DNA of 52,216 bases from Desulfobacterales bacterium (lineage in GTDB: Bacteria; Desulfobacterota; Desulfobacteria; Desulfobacterales; UBA11574). The translations under genes and the position numbers were made by a program. Positions 9,274-20,003 of this stretch are shown here, piece by piece; position 1 is the stretch's first letter, and every line of letters begins with the position of its first letter. The notes below the pieces were generated by a model. It was given only the letters and a program-made list of their open reading frames with translations. It made no database searches and was not told the origin of the DNA. The stretch is from positions 1 to 52,216 of the forward strand of contig JBFESJ010000001.1 of the NCBI GenBank assembly GCA_041548585.1, read 5' to 3'.

Positions 9274-10707
9274 CTATAGAACGGCCGCAACCGCCTCTTT
9301 GGCAAAATCGAGAAACCCTTGAGGGAAAGTGCCCAACATAAGGATGATCACGATAAAAAAGATTCCCAAAAGGGATGTGGACAACCTGAGATTAAGGCGG
9401 GGAATCGGGGAATCTACATTGGTATAGGCCGCCCTGACCATTTTAAGATAATAAAAAATCGCGATTCCGGTATTGATCACCGCAAGAATAACCAGGGCAT
9501 ACATATCTTTTTTAATGGCGGCGGTAAAAAGAAAAAGCTTACCGGTAAAACCGATGGTCGGCGGAATGCCGGCCAGACCAAAGGCTCCGATGGCCAGCGT
9601 TAACGCCAGCAGAGGGGAGCGTTTATAAAGGCCGCTAAGACCGTCAAAGGTAATGTTTTCGCCTTGGGGGGCCAGGTTGTAAATAACGAAAAAACAAGCC
9701 AAATTCATCAAAAGATATCCTGTAATATAATAGATGCCTGAAAGATATCCGAAGTCACTGGCACAAAGGAGACCGATCATTACATAACCGGCATGGGCGA
9801 TACTGGAGTATGCCAGTAGACGCTTGAGATCGTTCTGCACCAGGGCCGATAAGTTTCCAAAGGTCATGGAGAGCACGGCAAAAATCATCAGAACCCAGGT
9901 AAACTGGCCTGCATCCATACCTGCCAAGGAAATCAGTCGGATCAACAATGCCACGGCACCAATTTTGGGAAGCGTCGCGACAAAGCCGGACGTCTCGTTG
10001 GCAGCGCCTTCGTATACGTCAGGTGCCCAGAAGTGCATGGGAAAAAGTGCCAGTTTGTAAAAGAAACCGCTAAGTAGCATGACGAGACCGATAAGCATCA
10101 GGGGTTTTTTGAGGATGACGCCGGGTATGATTTTCACAAGATCGGCAAGATATGTGGTGTGCGTCATTCCAAAAATATAGCTCATACCGTAAAGGGATAT
10201 ACCGGATGCTGCAGCGCCGAATAGAACGTATTTGATTCCCGCTTCCATGGGCTTTCGATGGGCGCCCTGTTTTCGGAACGGAATGATGATAAAAAGGGCA
10301 AAAGAGTGTATTTCAAGAGAGAGTATGATCGTTATCAGCTCAACAGCGCTGCTCATGCACATCAGGCCGAAAGCACTTAAGGCCAGAAAAAGATAGTACT
10401 CCGGCCGGAGGGCATTATCGATACCATAAAGCCCATCTCCCAAGTAGATCACGATAAAAAGGCCGAAGGCGATGATGATCTTAAATACCTGGGAAAACGC
10501 ATCCACACGATACGCATCGAAGAATAGAGACCCTACCATTCCATATGAATATACGGATACAAGAACGGCAATGGCGGATAATAAAAGACCCAGGCCTTGA
10601 AGGCGAGTCGCTTTGAAATTTCCCAAAGAAGCAAAAAAGAAAACCAGAGCCATTAGAATCAATGTCAGTTCGGGTAAAAATAATGTCATACCATTCAATC
10701 CATTCAA
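9274..10707 (-). CDS. nuoN: NADH-quinone oxidoreductase subunit N
   Basis: This polytopic membrane ORF is 477 aa, has the LSLEIHSF block and is the last gene of the nuo operon. The ORF opens at a TTG; an ATG at 10689 is an alternative start. Confidence 0.85.
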   Translation of the reverse strand: MNGLNGMTLFLPELTLILMALVFFFASLGNFKATRLQGLGLLLSAIAVLVSVYSYGMVGSLFFDAYRVDAFSQVFKIIIAFGLFIVIYLGDGLYGIDNALRPEYYLFLALSAFGLMCMSSAVELITIILSLEIHSFALFIIIPFRKQGAHRKPMEAGIKYVLFGAAASGISLYGMSYIFGMTHTTYLADLVKIIPGVILKKPLMLIGLVMLLSGFFYKLALFPMHFWAPDVYEGAANETSGFVATLPKIGAVALLIRLISLAGMDAGQFTWVLMIFAVLSMTFGNLSALVQNDLKRLLAYSSIAHAGYVMIGLLCASDFGYLSGIYYITGYLLMNLACFFVIYNLAPQGENITFDGLSGLYKRSPLLALTLAIGAFGLAGIPPTIGFTGKLFLFTAAIKKDMYALVILAVINTGIAIFYYLKMVRAAYTNVDSPIPRLNLRLSTSLLGIFFIVIILMLGTFPQGFLDFAKEAVAAVL

Positions 10708-10722
10708 AATTTCGTTAAGCCA

Positions 10723-12309
10723 CTATTTTAGGGCCAGTACATGTTTAATCGACTCTCCTACCCCGCCCAAGAACGCATGAGATTCCCCATGCCCTGCCGG
10801 TAGAACCTGCATACCGGACTCCAACTGCTCGAGAAGGTGTGTGGTACTGGTGTCCATAACTTTCAGAAAAGGCTCCGGGTTCAATCCGATCCAAAAAACG
10901 AAGACGGTGAGAAACGCCAATGTGGCGCTTTCTCTGAAGTTGAGATCAAATAGATTTGATTTGTCACCATGATGCATGTGACCGTCTGAATCGGCCCAGA
11001 CCATCTTTTGAACAAGCCTTAGCATGTACGCTGCCGCCAAAATGGCGCCAATAACCGCAAGCCCGCCCACAACTTTGTATTTGGAAAATGAAGCCAAGAG
11101 AACAAGAAACTCTCCCACAAAACTGTTGGTTCCGGGAAATGCCAACGAAGATAGAGAAAATATTACCAAAAAGGTAACATAAATCGGCATCACCATCCCC
11201 AATGCGCTATTGTCGGAGATCTCACGGCTGTGTGTCCGTTCATAGATAATACCCACCAAGATAAAGAGGGCGCCTGTGGTAATGCCGTGATTTACCATTT
11301 GCAGTATGGCGCCTTTGATGCCGGCATCATTTAAAAGAAATATCCCCAGCGTGACAAAGCCCATATGGCCCACACTGGAGTATGCGATGAGGCGCTTTAC
11401 ATCGCTTTGGCCCAGAGCAAGATAGCCGCCGAAAATAATTGATATTACGGAAATTGCAATTAAATAGGGCATGAAGTACATTGTGGCTGCAGGTGCCATG
11501 GGGAGGCAAAAGCGCAAAAAACCGTAACCGCCCATTTTAAGCAGGATACTTGCCAGAATGACACTGCCTGCTGTCGGGGCTTCCACATGGGCTGCCGGGA
11601 GCCATGTATGAACAGGCCACATGGGAACCTTTATGGCAAAGGCCAGTGTAAAGGCCCAAAAGATCCATGCTTGATAACCAAAACTGTAATGGTGTGTCAT
11701 TAAATCCGGAATAAAAAAGGTTCCGGTTGTGACATACATCACGATGATGGCGACAAAGAGAAATATGCTTCCAATCAGGGTGTAGAGAAAGAATTTAATG
11801 GATGCATAGTCTTTGCGCGGTCCCCCCCATACCGCAATGATAAGGTACATGGGAACCAGCATCGCTTCCCAAAAGATAAAGAAAAGAACGAAGTTTAAAC
11901 TGACAAAAACGCCCACCATGGATGCTTCCATAATGAGCAGGACACAAATGAACTCTTTGAACCTATCTTTAATATAACTCCATGAACAGAGAATACAAAG
12001 CGGCATCACCAACGTCGTGAGGAGGACTAAAAGAACACTGATTCCATCTACACCGAGAACATAATCGATATCTACAAACGGAATCCAGTCCCTAAATTCG
12101 GCGAACTGGTACTTGGCCGTTGTGAGATCAAAATTTGAATAAAGGGGCAAAGAAAGTACCGCGGTAATGAGTGTTACGATCAATCCCCAGATTTTCAAGT
12201 ACCTGTCACCCCGAATAAAAAGCGTAATCAGTGACCCAAACAGTGGAACAGCCACTAAAACCGTCAGAATCGGATAGCTTAAGGTATTATAAATAAGATA
12301 TTGTTCCAT
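10723..12309 (-). CDS. nuoM: NADH-quinone oxidoreductase subunit M
   Basis: The ORF is 528 aa and has the FIFWEAMLVPMY block typical of NuoM. Confidence 0.85.
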   Translation of the reverse strand: MEQYLIYNTLSYPILTVLVAVPLFGSLITLFIRGDRYLKIWGLIVTLITAVLSLPLYSNFDLTTAKYQFAEFRDWIPFVDIDYVLGVDGISVLLVLLTTLVMPLCILCSWSYIKDRFKEFICVLLIMEASMVGVFVSLNFVLFFIFWEAMLVPMYLIIAVWGGPRKDYASIKFFLYTLIGSIFLFVAIIVMYVTTGTFFIPDLMTHHYSFGYQAWIFWAFTLAFAIKVPMWPVHTWLPAAHVEAPTAGSVILASILLKMGGYGFLRFCLPMAPAATMYFMPYLIAISVISIIFGGYLALGQSDVKRLIAYSSVGHMGFVTLGIFLLNDAGIKGAILQMVNHGITTGALFILVGIIYERTHSREISDNSALGMVMPIYVTFLVIFSLSSLAFPGTNSFVGEFLVLLASFSKYKVVGGLAVIGAILAAAYMLRLVQKMVWADSDGHMHHGDKSNLFDLNFRESATLAFLTVFVFWIGLNPEPFLKVMDTSTTHLLEQLESGMQVLPAGHGESHAFLGGVGESIKHVLALK

Positions 12310-12349
12310 ACAAGAGCCGTCCTAACTCCATATCCATTAAAGATTTCTT

Positions 12350-14119
12350 CTAAACAATCAACACCAGAATCAATATGATAAATGTTAAAACAATGGCACC
12401 GCCGATATAATGCTGGATCTTTCCCGACATAAGAGACCTGACCCGGTTGCCGCCTTCAACCACCCCTCGCGCGGAACCGTCAATGGTCCAGTCGATTCCT
12501 TCCCAGTCAAACCATGAGATGGCCTTTGCCAGGGCCATGGTGAGTCTGAGCCCGATACTTCTATATACGTCGTTGATCCAGCTGTCGGATGAAAGCACCG
12601 GACGGGAGGCAAACCTCATAAATACCCTTGCGCCCTTCCGGTAAAACCAGTCCAAGTCCAGGTTTATTTTGGGTTTGGGTTTGAGCTTTTTGACCATGAT
12701 GAAAAAGCCCAGACCGGTAAATCCCAAAAGCTGCATGGTCTCCGCCAGATGATACGCGGTGTAGGGATGATAGTTCACCGGGAAGGGAAGCATTTTGTAA
12801 AGGTAGTCCGGGTAAATGCCGATGAAAAAGCACAAAAACGCCGCAATGGCCATTGCCAGATTCATATTCCAGGGCGGATCCTTGGCCTCGACACCGGAAT
12901 CTTTTCCAAACCATATAAAATACGGAAGTTTGATTCCCACCGAAAGAAATGTACCCACTGCGGCCAGGGTCATCATTACCAACAGGCCGATACGGTGGCT
13001 TTCTCCTGCTGCGGCGATAATCATCGATTTGCTGATGAACCCGCTGGTGAGGGGAAAGCCTGAAATGGATATTCCGCCGATAACCGTAAAGATCATGGCC
13101 AAGGGCATGCGTCTGTATAACCCGCCTAGCTCATTGAGCTTCGATATCCCGGTCATTTCCAGCACTGCGCCGGCACCCATAAAGAGCAGGGCCTTGTATA
13201 TAATGTGGGCATACGCATGGGAAATGGCTCCGTTAACAGCCATGGCTGTTCCGATGCCGACACCGCAGACCATATACCCCACCTGGGATACGATATGATA
13301 GGCAAGAATCCGCCGGGCATCGTTTTCGATAGCAGCGTATCCAACACCGTAAACGGTCATGATGGCGCCCAAAATGGCCAGTGCTTCAAATCCCGGGAAC
13401 CCGCGGGCCAGAACATAAACTGCGGTTTTGGTCGTAAAGGCACACATGAAAACCGCACCGGTAACTGAGGCTTCCGGATACGCATCCGGAAGCCAGGCAT
13501 GGATCGGCGGAACAGCGGCGTTGAGCATAAAACCGATCATGATGAGATAATCGGCAAACGTGGCGCCGTTTGTCGCAATCTGTACAAAGCTTAAATCATG
13601 GATGTTCTTATACCGCAGAAAAATTCCTGCTAAAAGAACAAGTCCGCCGGCGGTATGAACCAGCAGGTATCTGAATCCGGCCTCGATGGAGCGTCTTTTT
13701 TTCCGGTACCAGACCAGAAAGGTTGATGCAAACGCCATCAATTCCCAGAAGATAAACAGGGTCAGGTAATCGCCGCAAAGTGTAACCCCTAAAGACCCGG
13801 CCACGTAAAGAAACGCCGCAATATGCTGACCGGCTTCTTTGACATGTAGCCCGTAAATACAGCCGATGAGCGCCATTATTGTAAAAACGTGTAGAAACAC
13901 ACGTGTCAGCTGATCCACCCTTCCGAAAACAAGATCGAACCCCAAATAAGAAACTTGTCCGAAGCTATCGGGCAGCCAGTGGATCAGCGTAAATGCGATA
14001 AGCGGGACACCAATAAGCACCGCCTTCTTCAGTCTCGTCTTTTTGTTTAAAAAAGGAAGGAGAACGGCACCCATAATGAACCAGGTGGCTGGATGAATAA
14101 AGATCGTACTACTTATCAT
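12350..14119 (-). CDS. antiporter-like complex-I subunit with C-terminal lateral-helix/anchor extension (NuoL-equivalent, MrpD-like core)
   Basis: The ORF is 589 aa. The core block FIFWELMAFASTFLV is MrpD/NuoM-like. The C-terminus FDWEGIDWTIDGSARGVVEGGNRVRSLMSGKIQHY plus a terminal TM resembles the NuoL/MrpA lateral helix region. Confidence 0.7.
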   Translation of the reverse strand: MISSTIFIHPATWFIMGAVLLPFLNKKTRLKKAVLIGVPLIAFTLIHWLPDSFGQVSYLGFDLVFGRVDQLTRVFLHVFTIMALIGCIYGLHVKEAGQHIAAFLYVAGSLGVTLCGDYLTLFIFWELMAFASTFLVWYRKKRRSIEAGFRYLLVHTAGGLVLLAGIFLRYKNIHDLSFVQIATNGATFADYLIMIGFMLNAAVPPIHAWLPDAYPEASVTGAVFMCAFTTKTAVYVLARGFPGFEALAILGAIMTVYGVGYAAIENDARRILAYHIVSQVGYMVCGVGIGTAMAVNGAISHAYAHIIYKALLFMGAGAVLEMTGISKLNELGGLYRRMPLAMIFTVIGGISISGFPLTSGFISKSMIIAAAGESHRIGLLVMMTLAAVGTFLSVGIKLPYFIWFGKDSGVEAKDPPWNMNLAMAIAAFLCFFIGIYPDYLYKMLPFPVNYHPYTAYHLAETMQLLGFTGLGFFIMVKKLKPKPKINLDLDWFYRKGARVFMRFASRPVLSSDSWINDVYRSIGLRLTMALAKAISWFDWEGIDWTIDGSARGVVEGGNRVRSLMSGKIQHYIGGAIVLTFIILILVLIV

Positions 14120-14357
14120 AATAATCTTCCTCTTTTTCTAACCAGACATGGGAAAGACCTTTACAAATGACAATCATGCCAAGACATCCCAGAACACCGA
14201 ATAAGGACCAGAAGCCGATGATGGAATCACCGAAAAAATGCGGTTCATGCCTTGCTGCGTAAAAATCGAACACCACGGTCAGCGCCAGAAAGACAAAAAA
14301 CAGCCTTTTTAGCATACGGGAATGCTTATTTAGGTAATTGAGTATACGTAAAAGCAT
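14109..14357 (-). CDS. small two-TM membrane protein inside the nuo operon
   Basis: The 82-aa ORF has two hydrophobic segments. Its ATG overlaps the upstream stop (TAATG) and its 3' end overlaps the next gene by 11 nt, so it appears translationally coupled. Confidence 0.6.
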   Translation of the reverse strand: MLLRILNYLNKHSRMLKRLFFVFLALTVVFDFYAARHEPHFFGDSIIGFWSLFGVLGCLGMIVICKGLSHVWLEKEEDYYDK

Positions 14358-15850
14358 TATCTCACCACCATCAAATTGATTATTTTAAGAAATAGATCCG
14401 GAAAAATGCCGAACAGAACCGAAGCCACAGCACAAAAAAACAGAGGAATCACCATAAACATAATAATGGGGGCGCCCTCTAAAAAACCGGAATTGGGGTT
14501 ATCCCCGGGATTCGGTTTTCCGAAAAACGATGTATAGACAACCGGTACGAAATAGCCGGCGTTGAGAAGGCTGCTCACCAGGATGACCGTCAGCAGGATC
14601 ATATTATGGATGTCCAGAGTCCCCAGTGCAAGGAACCATTTTGTTACAAAACCACTGACCGGTGGGACGCCGATCATGCTCAGGGAGGCAAGGCCGAAGG
14701 CAATCATGGTAAATGGCATGCTCCAGCCGATTCCACCCATCTCGGATACGTTTTTTTTATGGGTTGCCACAAAAATTGCCCCTGCGCAGAAAAAGAGTGT
14801 AATTTTTGCAAAGGCATGATTGGTGATATGGATAATTCCGCCGGTAATACTGTTGGGGGTCAACATGGCGACCCCAAGAATGATATAGGAAAGCTGGCTG
14901 ACCGTAGAATAGGCCAATCGCATTTTTAGATTGTTTTGGGTAAGTGCGATCATGGAAGCGACAATGATGGTAAAAGACGCCAGGTAGGCAGTGAAGATCC
15001 CGAGGCCGAGTTTGTTCAGGATATTGATACCGAATACCGAAAGCATCACTCTGGCAATGGAGAATACCCCCACTTTGACCACAACAACCGCATGCAGCAA
15101 TGCGGAAACCGGGGTGGGGGCCACCATTGCTGCAGGAAGCCATCCGTGTATCGGCATGATCGCGCCCTTGGCAAATCCGAAAATACAAAGGAGATAGGTG
15201 ATTTTCACCAGTAACGGCGCTGCGTTGTGGGGAAAGATGCCCGGCGCAACATTACCGATGGCAAAATCCAGGGTGCCGCACTGGACGTAAACCAGGACCA
15301 TGGCCGGCAGCAGAAACGCCTTGGATGCGAACATCAAATAAACGATATATTTCCGGCCGCCGAAATACCCTTCTTCGTCCTGGTGGTGTGCAACCAGCGG
15401 ATAGGTAAAGATGGAAACGATTTCGTAAAACAAATACAGGGTGAACAGATTTGCGGAAAATGCCGCTCCCATGGCGCCGCCCACGGCTACGGCGTAGCAA
15501 AAGTAAAATCGTGTCTGGGCATGTTCGCTGAGCCCCCGCATATAGCCGATACAATAAAATCCGGCCATAATCCACAAAAATGAAGACGTCCCTGCGAAAA
15601 GTATACCCAGACCATCCAGGTGAAATTTTACGCTGACACCGGGGTAAAGCGTAAACAGCGTGTATTGATAAGACCCTCCTGCCAAAAGACGGGGCAAGAA
15701 ATAGACCACGGATAGAAAGGTCAGCAGTGCGCCACAGACAGACCAGGCCTCTCTTAGGTTCGGTTTGTTCTTCGAAGCCATAATGAGAAGTGCCGAAACC
15801 AAGGGGATCAGCGGTGTCAAAACAATTTTACTTGTGATAATGGTTTCCAT
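14357..15850 (-). CDS. additional antiporter-like subunit (MrpD/NuoM-type, no C-terminal extension)
   Basis: This polytopic ORF is 497 aa, has the block LFYEIVSIFTYPLV, and lies between nuoK and the NuoL-equivalent. Confidence 0.7.
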   Translation of the reverse strand: METIITSKIVLTPLIPLVSALLIMASKNKPNLREAWSVCGALLTFLSVVYFLPRLLAGGSYQYTLFTLYPGVSVKFHLDGLGILFAGTSSFLWIMAGFYCIGYMRGLSEHAQTRFYFCYAVAVGGAMGAAFSANLFTLYLFYEIVSIFTYPLVAHHQDEEGYFGGRKYIVYLMFASKAFLLPAMVLVYVQCGTLDFAIGNVAPGIFPHNAAPLLVKITYLLCIFGFAKGAIMPIHGWLPAAMVAPTPVSALLHAVVVVKVGVFSIARVMLSVFGINILNKLGLGIFTAYLASFTIIVASMIALTQNNLKMRLAYSTVSQLSYIILGVAMLTPNSITGGIIHITNHAFAKITLFFCAGAIFVATHKKNVSEMGGIGWSMPFTMIAFGLASLSMIGVPPVSGFVTKWFLALGTLDIHNMILLTVILVSSLLNAGYFVPVVYTSFFGKPNPGDNPNSGFLEGAPIIMFMVIPLFFCAVASVLFGIFPDLFLKIINLMVVR

Positions 15851-15916
15851 ATAAATGCCTAAGATTTATCCTGTCTGGTAATCCACCTCTTTAATCGGGG
15901 TTAATGACAAAAAAAC

Positions 15917-16237
15917 CTATCCATGAAGTTCTTTGACCTCGTCCGGATCAATGGATTGATATTTACGGAAAACAGCAAGTATAAAACTCACAACAATCGC
16001 AGCTTCTGCGGCAGCAATACCCATGATAAAAAGGGTGATGATCTGTCCAACGGCCGGATCGGGAGCAAGGAAACGGTTGAAGGCCATAAAGTTCACACCG
16101 GCGCCGTTGAGGATCAGTTCGGTGGAAACCAGCATGCCGATAAAGGACTTGTGCTGGATCAACCCGTAAATACCTGCGATAAGGAGAAATACAGCCAGAA
16201 TTAAATAGGTGTTAAGATGATTACTGATCATGATCAT
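15917..16237 (-). CDS. nuoK: NADH-quinone oxidoreductase subunit K
   Basis: The ORF is 106 aa with 3 TM segments, overlaps nuoJ by ATGA and sits in the expected position. Confidence 0.85.
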   Translation of the reverse strand: MIMISNHLNTYLILAVFLLIAGIYGLIQHKSFIGMLVSTELILNGAGVNFMAFNRFLAPDPAVGQIITLFIMGIAAAEAAIVVSFILAVFRKYQSIDPDEVKELHG

Positions 16238-16821
16238 GTGGATGCTTCCCCCTTTTCTTCCTGGACAACGGCGACCTCCTTTTTGGAAGAAGGGTCAATG
16301 GCCATATTTCCGGTTCCGCCTCTGGCCAGAATGATTGCGCCGATAATTGCGATCAGTAGGATCACCGAAATCAACTCAAAGGCCAGACAATACGTGTAAA
16401 GGAACTCCTTTCCCAGATGGGCCGCTGAGAAATTCCTGTCTTCTACCACAGCAGGAATCCAATCGGTTTTAAAGATACAGGCAAGGACCAGGAAAAAAGC
16501 TGTAACCGCCGATGAAACGGCCAAAAATTTATTCCGCCAGTCTTTAATAGACTTTTCTGCAACTTCTGTCGGTGTATACCCGACCATAATGCCGAAGACC
16601 AGAACGATACATATGGCACCAACGTAGATGAGAATCTGCATCAGGGTGAGAAACATGCTCCCCAGATAAAAATAAATGCCGGCAACGCCGAGAAGTGCTA
16701 CCGCGAGCCCCAAAACCGTTTGCATGAGCATTTTCGCTCGTATGGTAACGAGGCTTCCCAATATCACCAGAATAATAAATGCGAGAAAAAGCCCTTCGGC
16801 AATGCTCTGGTAAAACGTCAT
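16234..16821 (-). CDS. nuoJ: NADH-quinone oxidoreductase subunit J
   Basis: The 195-aa membrane ORF sits between nuoI and nuoK. Confidence 0.8.
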   Translation of the reverse strand: MTFYQSIAEGLFLAFIILVILGSLVTIRAKMLMQTVLGLAVALLGVAGIYFYLGSMFLTLMQILIYVGAICIVLVFGIMVGYTPTEVAEKSIKDWRNKFLAVSSAVTAFFLVLACIFKTDWIPAVVEDRNFSAAHLGKEFLYTYCLAFELISVILLIAIIGAIILARGGTGNMAIDPSSKKEVAVVQEEKGEAST

Positions 16822-17261
16822 ATTCTCCGTTCCTCCAGCCGTTTGAGGATGTCAAAATGAAACGCTTCCTTAGAAAAGGCCGCCAGGTTGTATTCCTGGG
16901 AGTACTCGAGTGCGTCTTTCGGGCAGATTTCAACACATGTTCCACACAGGCTGCATTTGGTGAAGTCCAGCTCGAAAAGCACCAGGGTCTTCTTCTTTTT
17001 ACCCTCCAGTTTTTTACCCTTGATTTTGATACAGTCAGAAGGGCAGGATCGTTCGCACATTCCACAGGTTATACACAGGAATGTATTCTTTTCCGGGTCC
17101 AGAACAAGGTCGATATGTCCTCTGTAATTGGGCGTGATATCGATTTCTTCCCTGGGATACTGCACCGTAACAATGGGCATAAACAGCGCCTTCATGGTGA
17201 CGCCGAGTCCCTCAACCAGACTCTTTCCGCCGGTATACAATTCTGAGAAATATTGTTTCAT
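16818..17261 (-). CDS. nuoI: NADH-quinone oxidoreductase subunit I (2x[4Fe-4S])
   Basis: The ORF contains the cluster motifs CITCGMCERSCP and CSLCGTCVEICP. Confidence 0.9.
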   Translation of the reverse strand: MKQYFSELYTGGKSLVEGLGVTMKALFMPIVTVQYPREEIDITPNYRGHIDLVLDPEKNTFLCITCGMCERSCPSDCIKIKGKKLEGKKKKTLVLFELDFTKCSLCGTCVEICPKDALEYSQEYNLAAFSKEAFHFDILKRLEERRI

Positions 17262-18241
17262 AGTTTAACAATTACTGCTGTTATCAAGAGGTTCACAAAA
17301 GAAAAGGGGACCAAGTACTTCCAGGCAAAATTAAGCAATTGATCAAAGCGTACCCTGGGATATGTCCATCGCACCATAATCATCAGGAACAACAAGAAAT
17401 AGGCCTTTGCGAAAAACCAGACCACGCCTAAGTATTCACCGTAGGGGAGATTCGGTCCGTGCCAGCCTCCCAAAAAGAGAACTGTTGCCACCGAAGCGAC
17501 AATGAACATATTGGTGTACTCTCCCAGGAAAAAGAGCGAGAATCCCATTCCGCTGTATTCGGTATGAAATCCTGCTGTGAGTTCACTTTCAGCCTCTGGC
17601 AGGTCAAATGGGGCACGGTTGGTTTCGGCAAGTCCTGCAATAACGTAAATGAGGAAGGCAATCGGTTGTAAAAAAACGAACCATATTTTTTGCTGTGCGC
17701 CGACGATCTCCTTAAGGCTGAATGTATTACACATGAGGATTACGGCGAGCATTGAAAGCAGAATCGGGATTTCATAAGCAATAGACTGGGCCACGGCCCG
17801 CATGGCACCGAACATGGAATATTTGTTGTTTGAACCCCATCCGCCGACCAAAAGCGCCATGACATTGACCGCTCCCATGGAAACGATGAAAAGAAGACCC
17901 AGATTCAGGTCCCTTGCCTGAAGTTTTTCGCTAAATGGGATCACGAGAAGGGGAAGAATCACCGGTGTAAATGACAAAAGGGGTGCCACCCTAAAAAGGG
18001 TGCGATCCACATTGAATGGGATCAGCAGCTCTTTTGCCACCAGCTTTACGCCATCGACAATCATTTGAAGGATGCCATGAGACCCCACTTCCATGGGGCC
18101 GGGGCGCCGTTGAACGTGCCCTGCGATTTTCCGTTCCGCGTAACCCATCATGATGGCGTTGACAAAAAGGAATGTAATGATGATGATGACCGCGATCACC
18201 ATCCGGATCAGTTCAGGCGGTAATATTGAAATCGTTTCCAT
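17258..18241 (-). CDS. nuoH: NADH-quinone oxidoreductase subunit H
   Basis: The ORF is 327 aa with AERKIAGHVQRRPGP near the N-terminus. Confidence 0.9.
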   Translation of the reverse strand: METISILPPELIRMVIAVIIIITFLFVNAIMMGYAERKIAGHVQRRPGPMEVGSHGILQMIVDGVKLVAKELLIPFNVDRTLFRVAPLLSFTPVILPLLVIPFSEKLQARDLNLGLLFIVSMGAVNVMALLVGGWGSNNKYSMFGAMRAVAQSIAYEIPILLSMLAVILMCNTFSLKEIVGAQQKIWFVFLQPIAFLIYVIAGLAETNRAPFDLPEAESELTAGFHTEYSGMGFSLFFLGEYTNMFIVASVATVLFLGGWHGPNLPYGEYLGVVWFFAKAYFLLFLMIMVRWTYPRVRFDQLLNFAWKYLVPFSFVNLLITAVIVKL

Positions 18242-18307
18242 AAGCTGTTTTTTATAAGCGCGTTAATATAGAATTCGTTAAATAGTTATACGCTTTCCGT
18301 TAGATAT

Positions 18308-19420
18308 TTACCGGTCCATTTCCGGTATCACCAGATCAAAGCTCCCCAAGATGGATACCAGGTCGGGCAACAGAATTCCACGTGCCAGCTCCGGAAGGCA
18401 GCTGAGGTTGGAATAGGACGGAACCCTAACCTTCAAGCGGTAGGGCGTGCTTGTCCCGTCTCCCACCAGATAATAGGAAAGCTCCCCCCTTGCGGCTTCT
18501 ACAGCGAAATTACAGTCGCCTGGACTCAGCTTTATATTTTTCGGCACCTTTGACCGAACCGGCCCGTCCGGCAATCGGTCTAATGCCTGCTCAATAATCC
18601 GGAGGCTCTGCTCGATCTCCCGGACACGAACCATGTATCGATCCAGACAATCCCCTTGCTTTCCCACCGGTATCTCAAAATCAAATTCAGGATAAACGGA
18701 ATACGGTTCATTTTTGCGAACATCATAAGCAATACCAGATCCTCGGAGGTTCGGACCCGTCATTCCGTATCGAAGGGCCATATCCGGCGAAACAATCCCG
18801 ATATTTTCTGCACGTTTGATGAAAATAATATTTTTGGTTACCAGTTTTTCATAGATAACATAACGTTTACGCAATCGCTTAATAAAGGCACGGGTTGCTT
18901 CCACAAACTTGTCGTCGATATCCTGATAAACGCCGCCGAAACGGTAATAGCAGTAAGTGAGCCTCGAGCCGGTGACACTTTCCAGAATATCCAAAATGTG
19001 TTCTCGGTCATCAAAGCCGTATAGAATGGGGGTAAAAGCGCCAAGATCGAGAAGATAGGCGCCGAGCCAAAGGAGGTGGCTGGCGATCCGGTTAAGCTCC
19101 GACGTAATGACCCGAATGTATTCCGCTCTTCTGGGGACCTCGATTCCCGCTTTCCGCTCAATGAGGGAGACATACCCATGATTGTACGGAAGCGCACAAA
19201 CATAATCCATTCTTGCGGTATTGGGCATAAAGCCCGGACACGGTCTGGACTCTCCCATCTTTTCGTGCATGCGGTGGATGAAACCAAGCACCGGTTGAGG
19301 ATCGAGGACATATTCTCCGTTCATCTCCAGCACAATCAGAAGCACACCGTGGGTGCTGGGATGCTGGGGCCCCATATTCAAAAAGAACCGGTTATGTTCC
19401 TGAAATTCTGATTCGAGCAT
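18308..19420 (-). CDS. nuoD: NADH-quinone oxidoreductase subunit D
   Basis: The ORF is 370 aa with NMGPQHPSTHGVL near the N-terminus. Confidence 0.9.
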   Translation of the reverse strand: MLESEFQEHNRFFLNMGPQHPSTHGVLLIVLEMNGEYVLDPQPVLGFIHRMHEKMGESRPCPGFMPNTARMDYVCALPYNHGYVSLIERKAGIEVPRRAEYIRVITSELNRIASHLLWLGAYLLDLGAFTPILYGFDDREHILDILESVTGSRLTYCYYRFGGVYQDIDDKFVEATRAFIKRLRKRYVIYEKLVTKNIIFIKRAENIGIVSPDMALRYGMTGPNLRGSGIAYDVRKNEPYSVYPEFDFEIPVGKQGDCLDRYMVRVREIEQSLRIIEQALDRLPDGPVRSKVPKNIKLSPGDCNFAVEAARGELSYYLVGDGTSTPYRLKVRVPSYSNLSCLPELARGILLPDLVSILGSFDLVIPEMDR

Positions 19421-19457
19421 GATGTATTTATCTTTTTTAGTCGGTTATAAAGTCAAA

Positions 19458-20003
19458 CTATCGGCCGGTTCCGGCCTCGGTTTCTTGTACGTCACTTTCC
19501 GGCGCTCCTGACGACCATGAAACCTCATTGAGCGGTTTCAGTTTTGTTTCTTCCTTGAGTAGGGGATGAAAATCCGGATCTTCTTCAGAAAGCAGAAGCG
19601 GTTTTAAGTTGGGATGGCCGTCAAAAATAACACCATAAAAATCGCGGGTTTCTCTTTCGTGCCAGTTGGCTCCCTGATAAATGTCGGATATGCTGGGAAT
19701 CTCAAGGTTCATGGGCACGGAAGCGCGGGCCTTAATTCGATACTGCCGATCATACCTGGCGAATTGATAAACCACTTCCAGTCCGGAATTTCCCGTATCA
19801 TTTTCTTCATCTGGCCGGACATGAAATCCTGTGACAAAGACCAGATAGAAACCGAGTTCATAAGCTGTTTCGGCAAATTTTCGAACCTGGTTCACATCCA
19901 ACACAACTTCCAGGTGGTATCCCCGCTGGTCGTAGTCCGTCTCACTTGCATCAAACCCTTGAGTTAGAAAATCAACTTTATAATCTTTGATTATTTTATC
20001 CAT
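19458..20003 (-). CDS. nuoC: NADH-quinone oxidoreductase subunit C
   Basis: The ORF is 181 aa with the block ANWHERETRDFYGVIFDGHP. Confidence 0.85.
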   Translation of the reverse strand: MDKIIKDYKVDFLTQGFDASETDYDQRGYHLEVVLDVNQVRKFAETAYELGFYLVFVTGFHVRPDEENDTGNSGLEVVYQFARYDRQYRIKARASVPMNLEIPSISDIYQGANWHERETRDFYGVIFDGHPNLKPLLLSEEDPDFHPLLKEETKLKPLNEVSWSSGAPESDVQETEAGTGR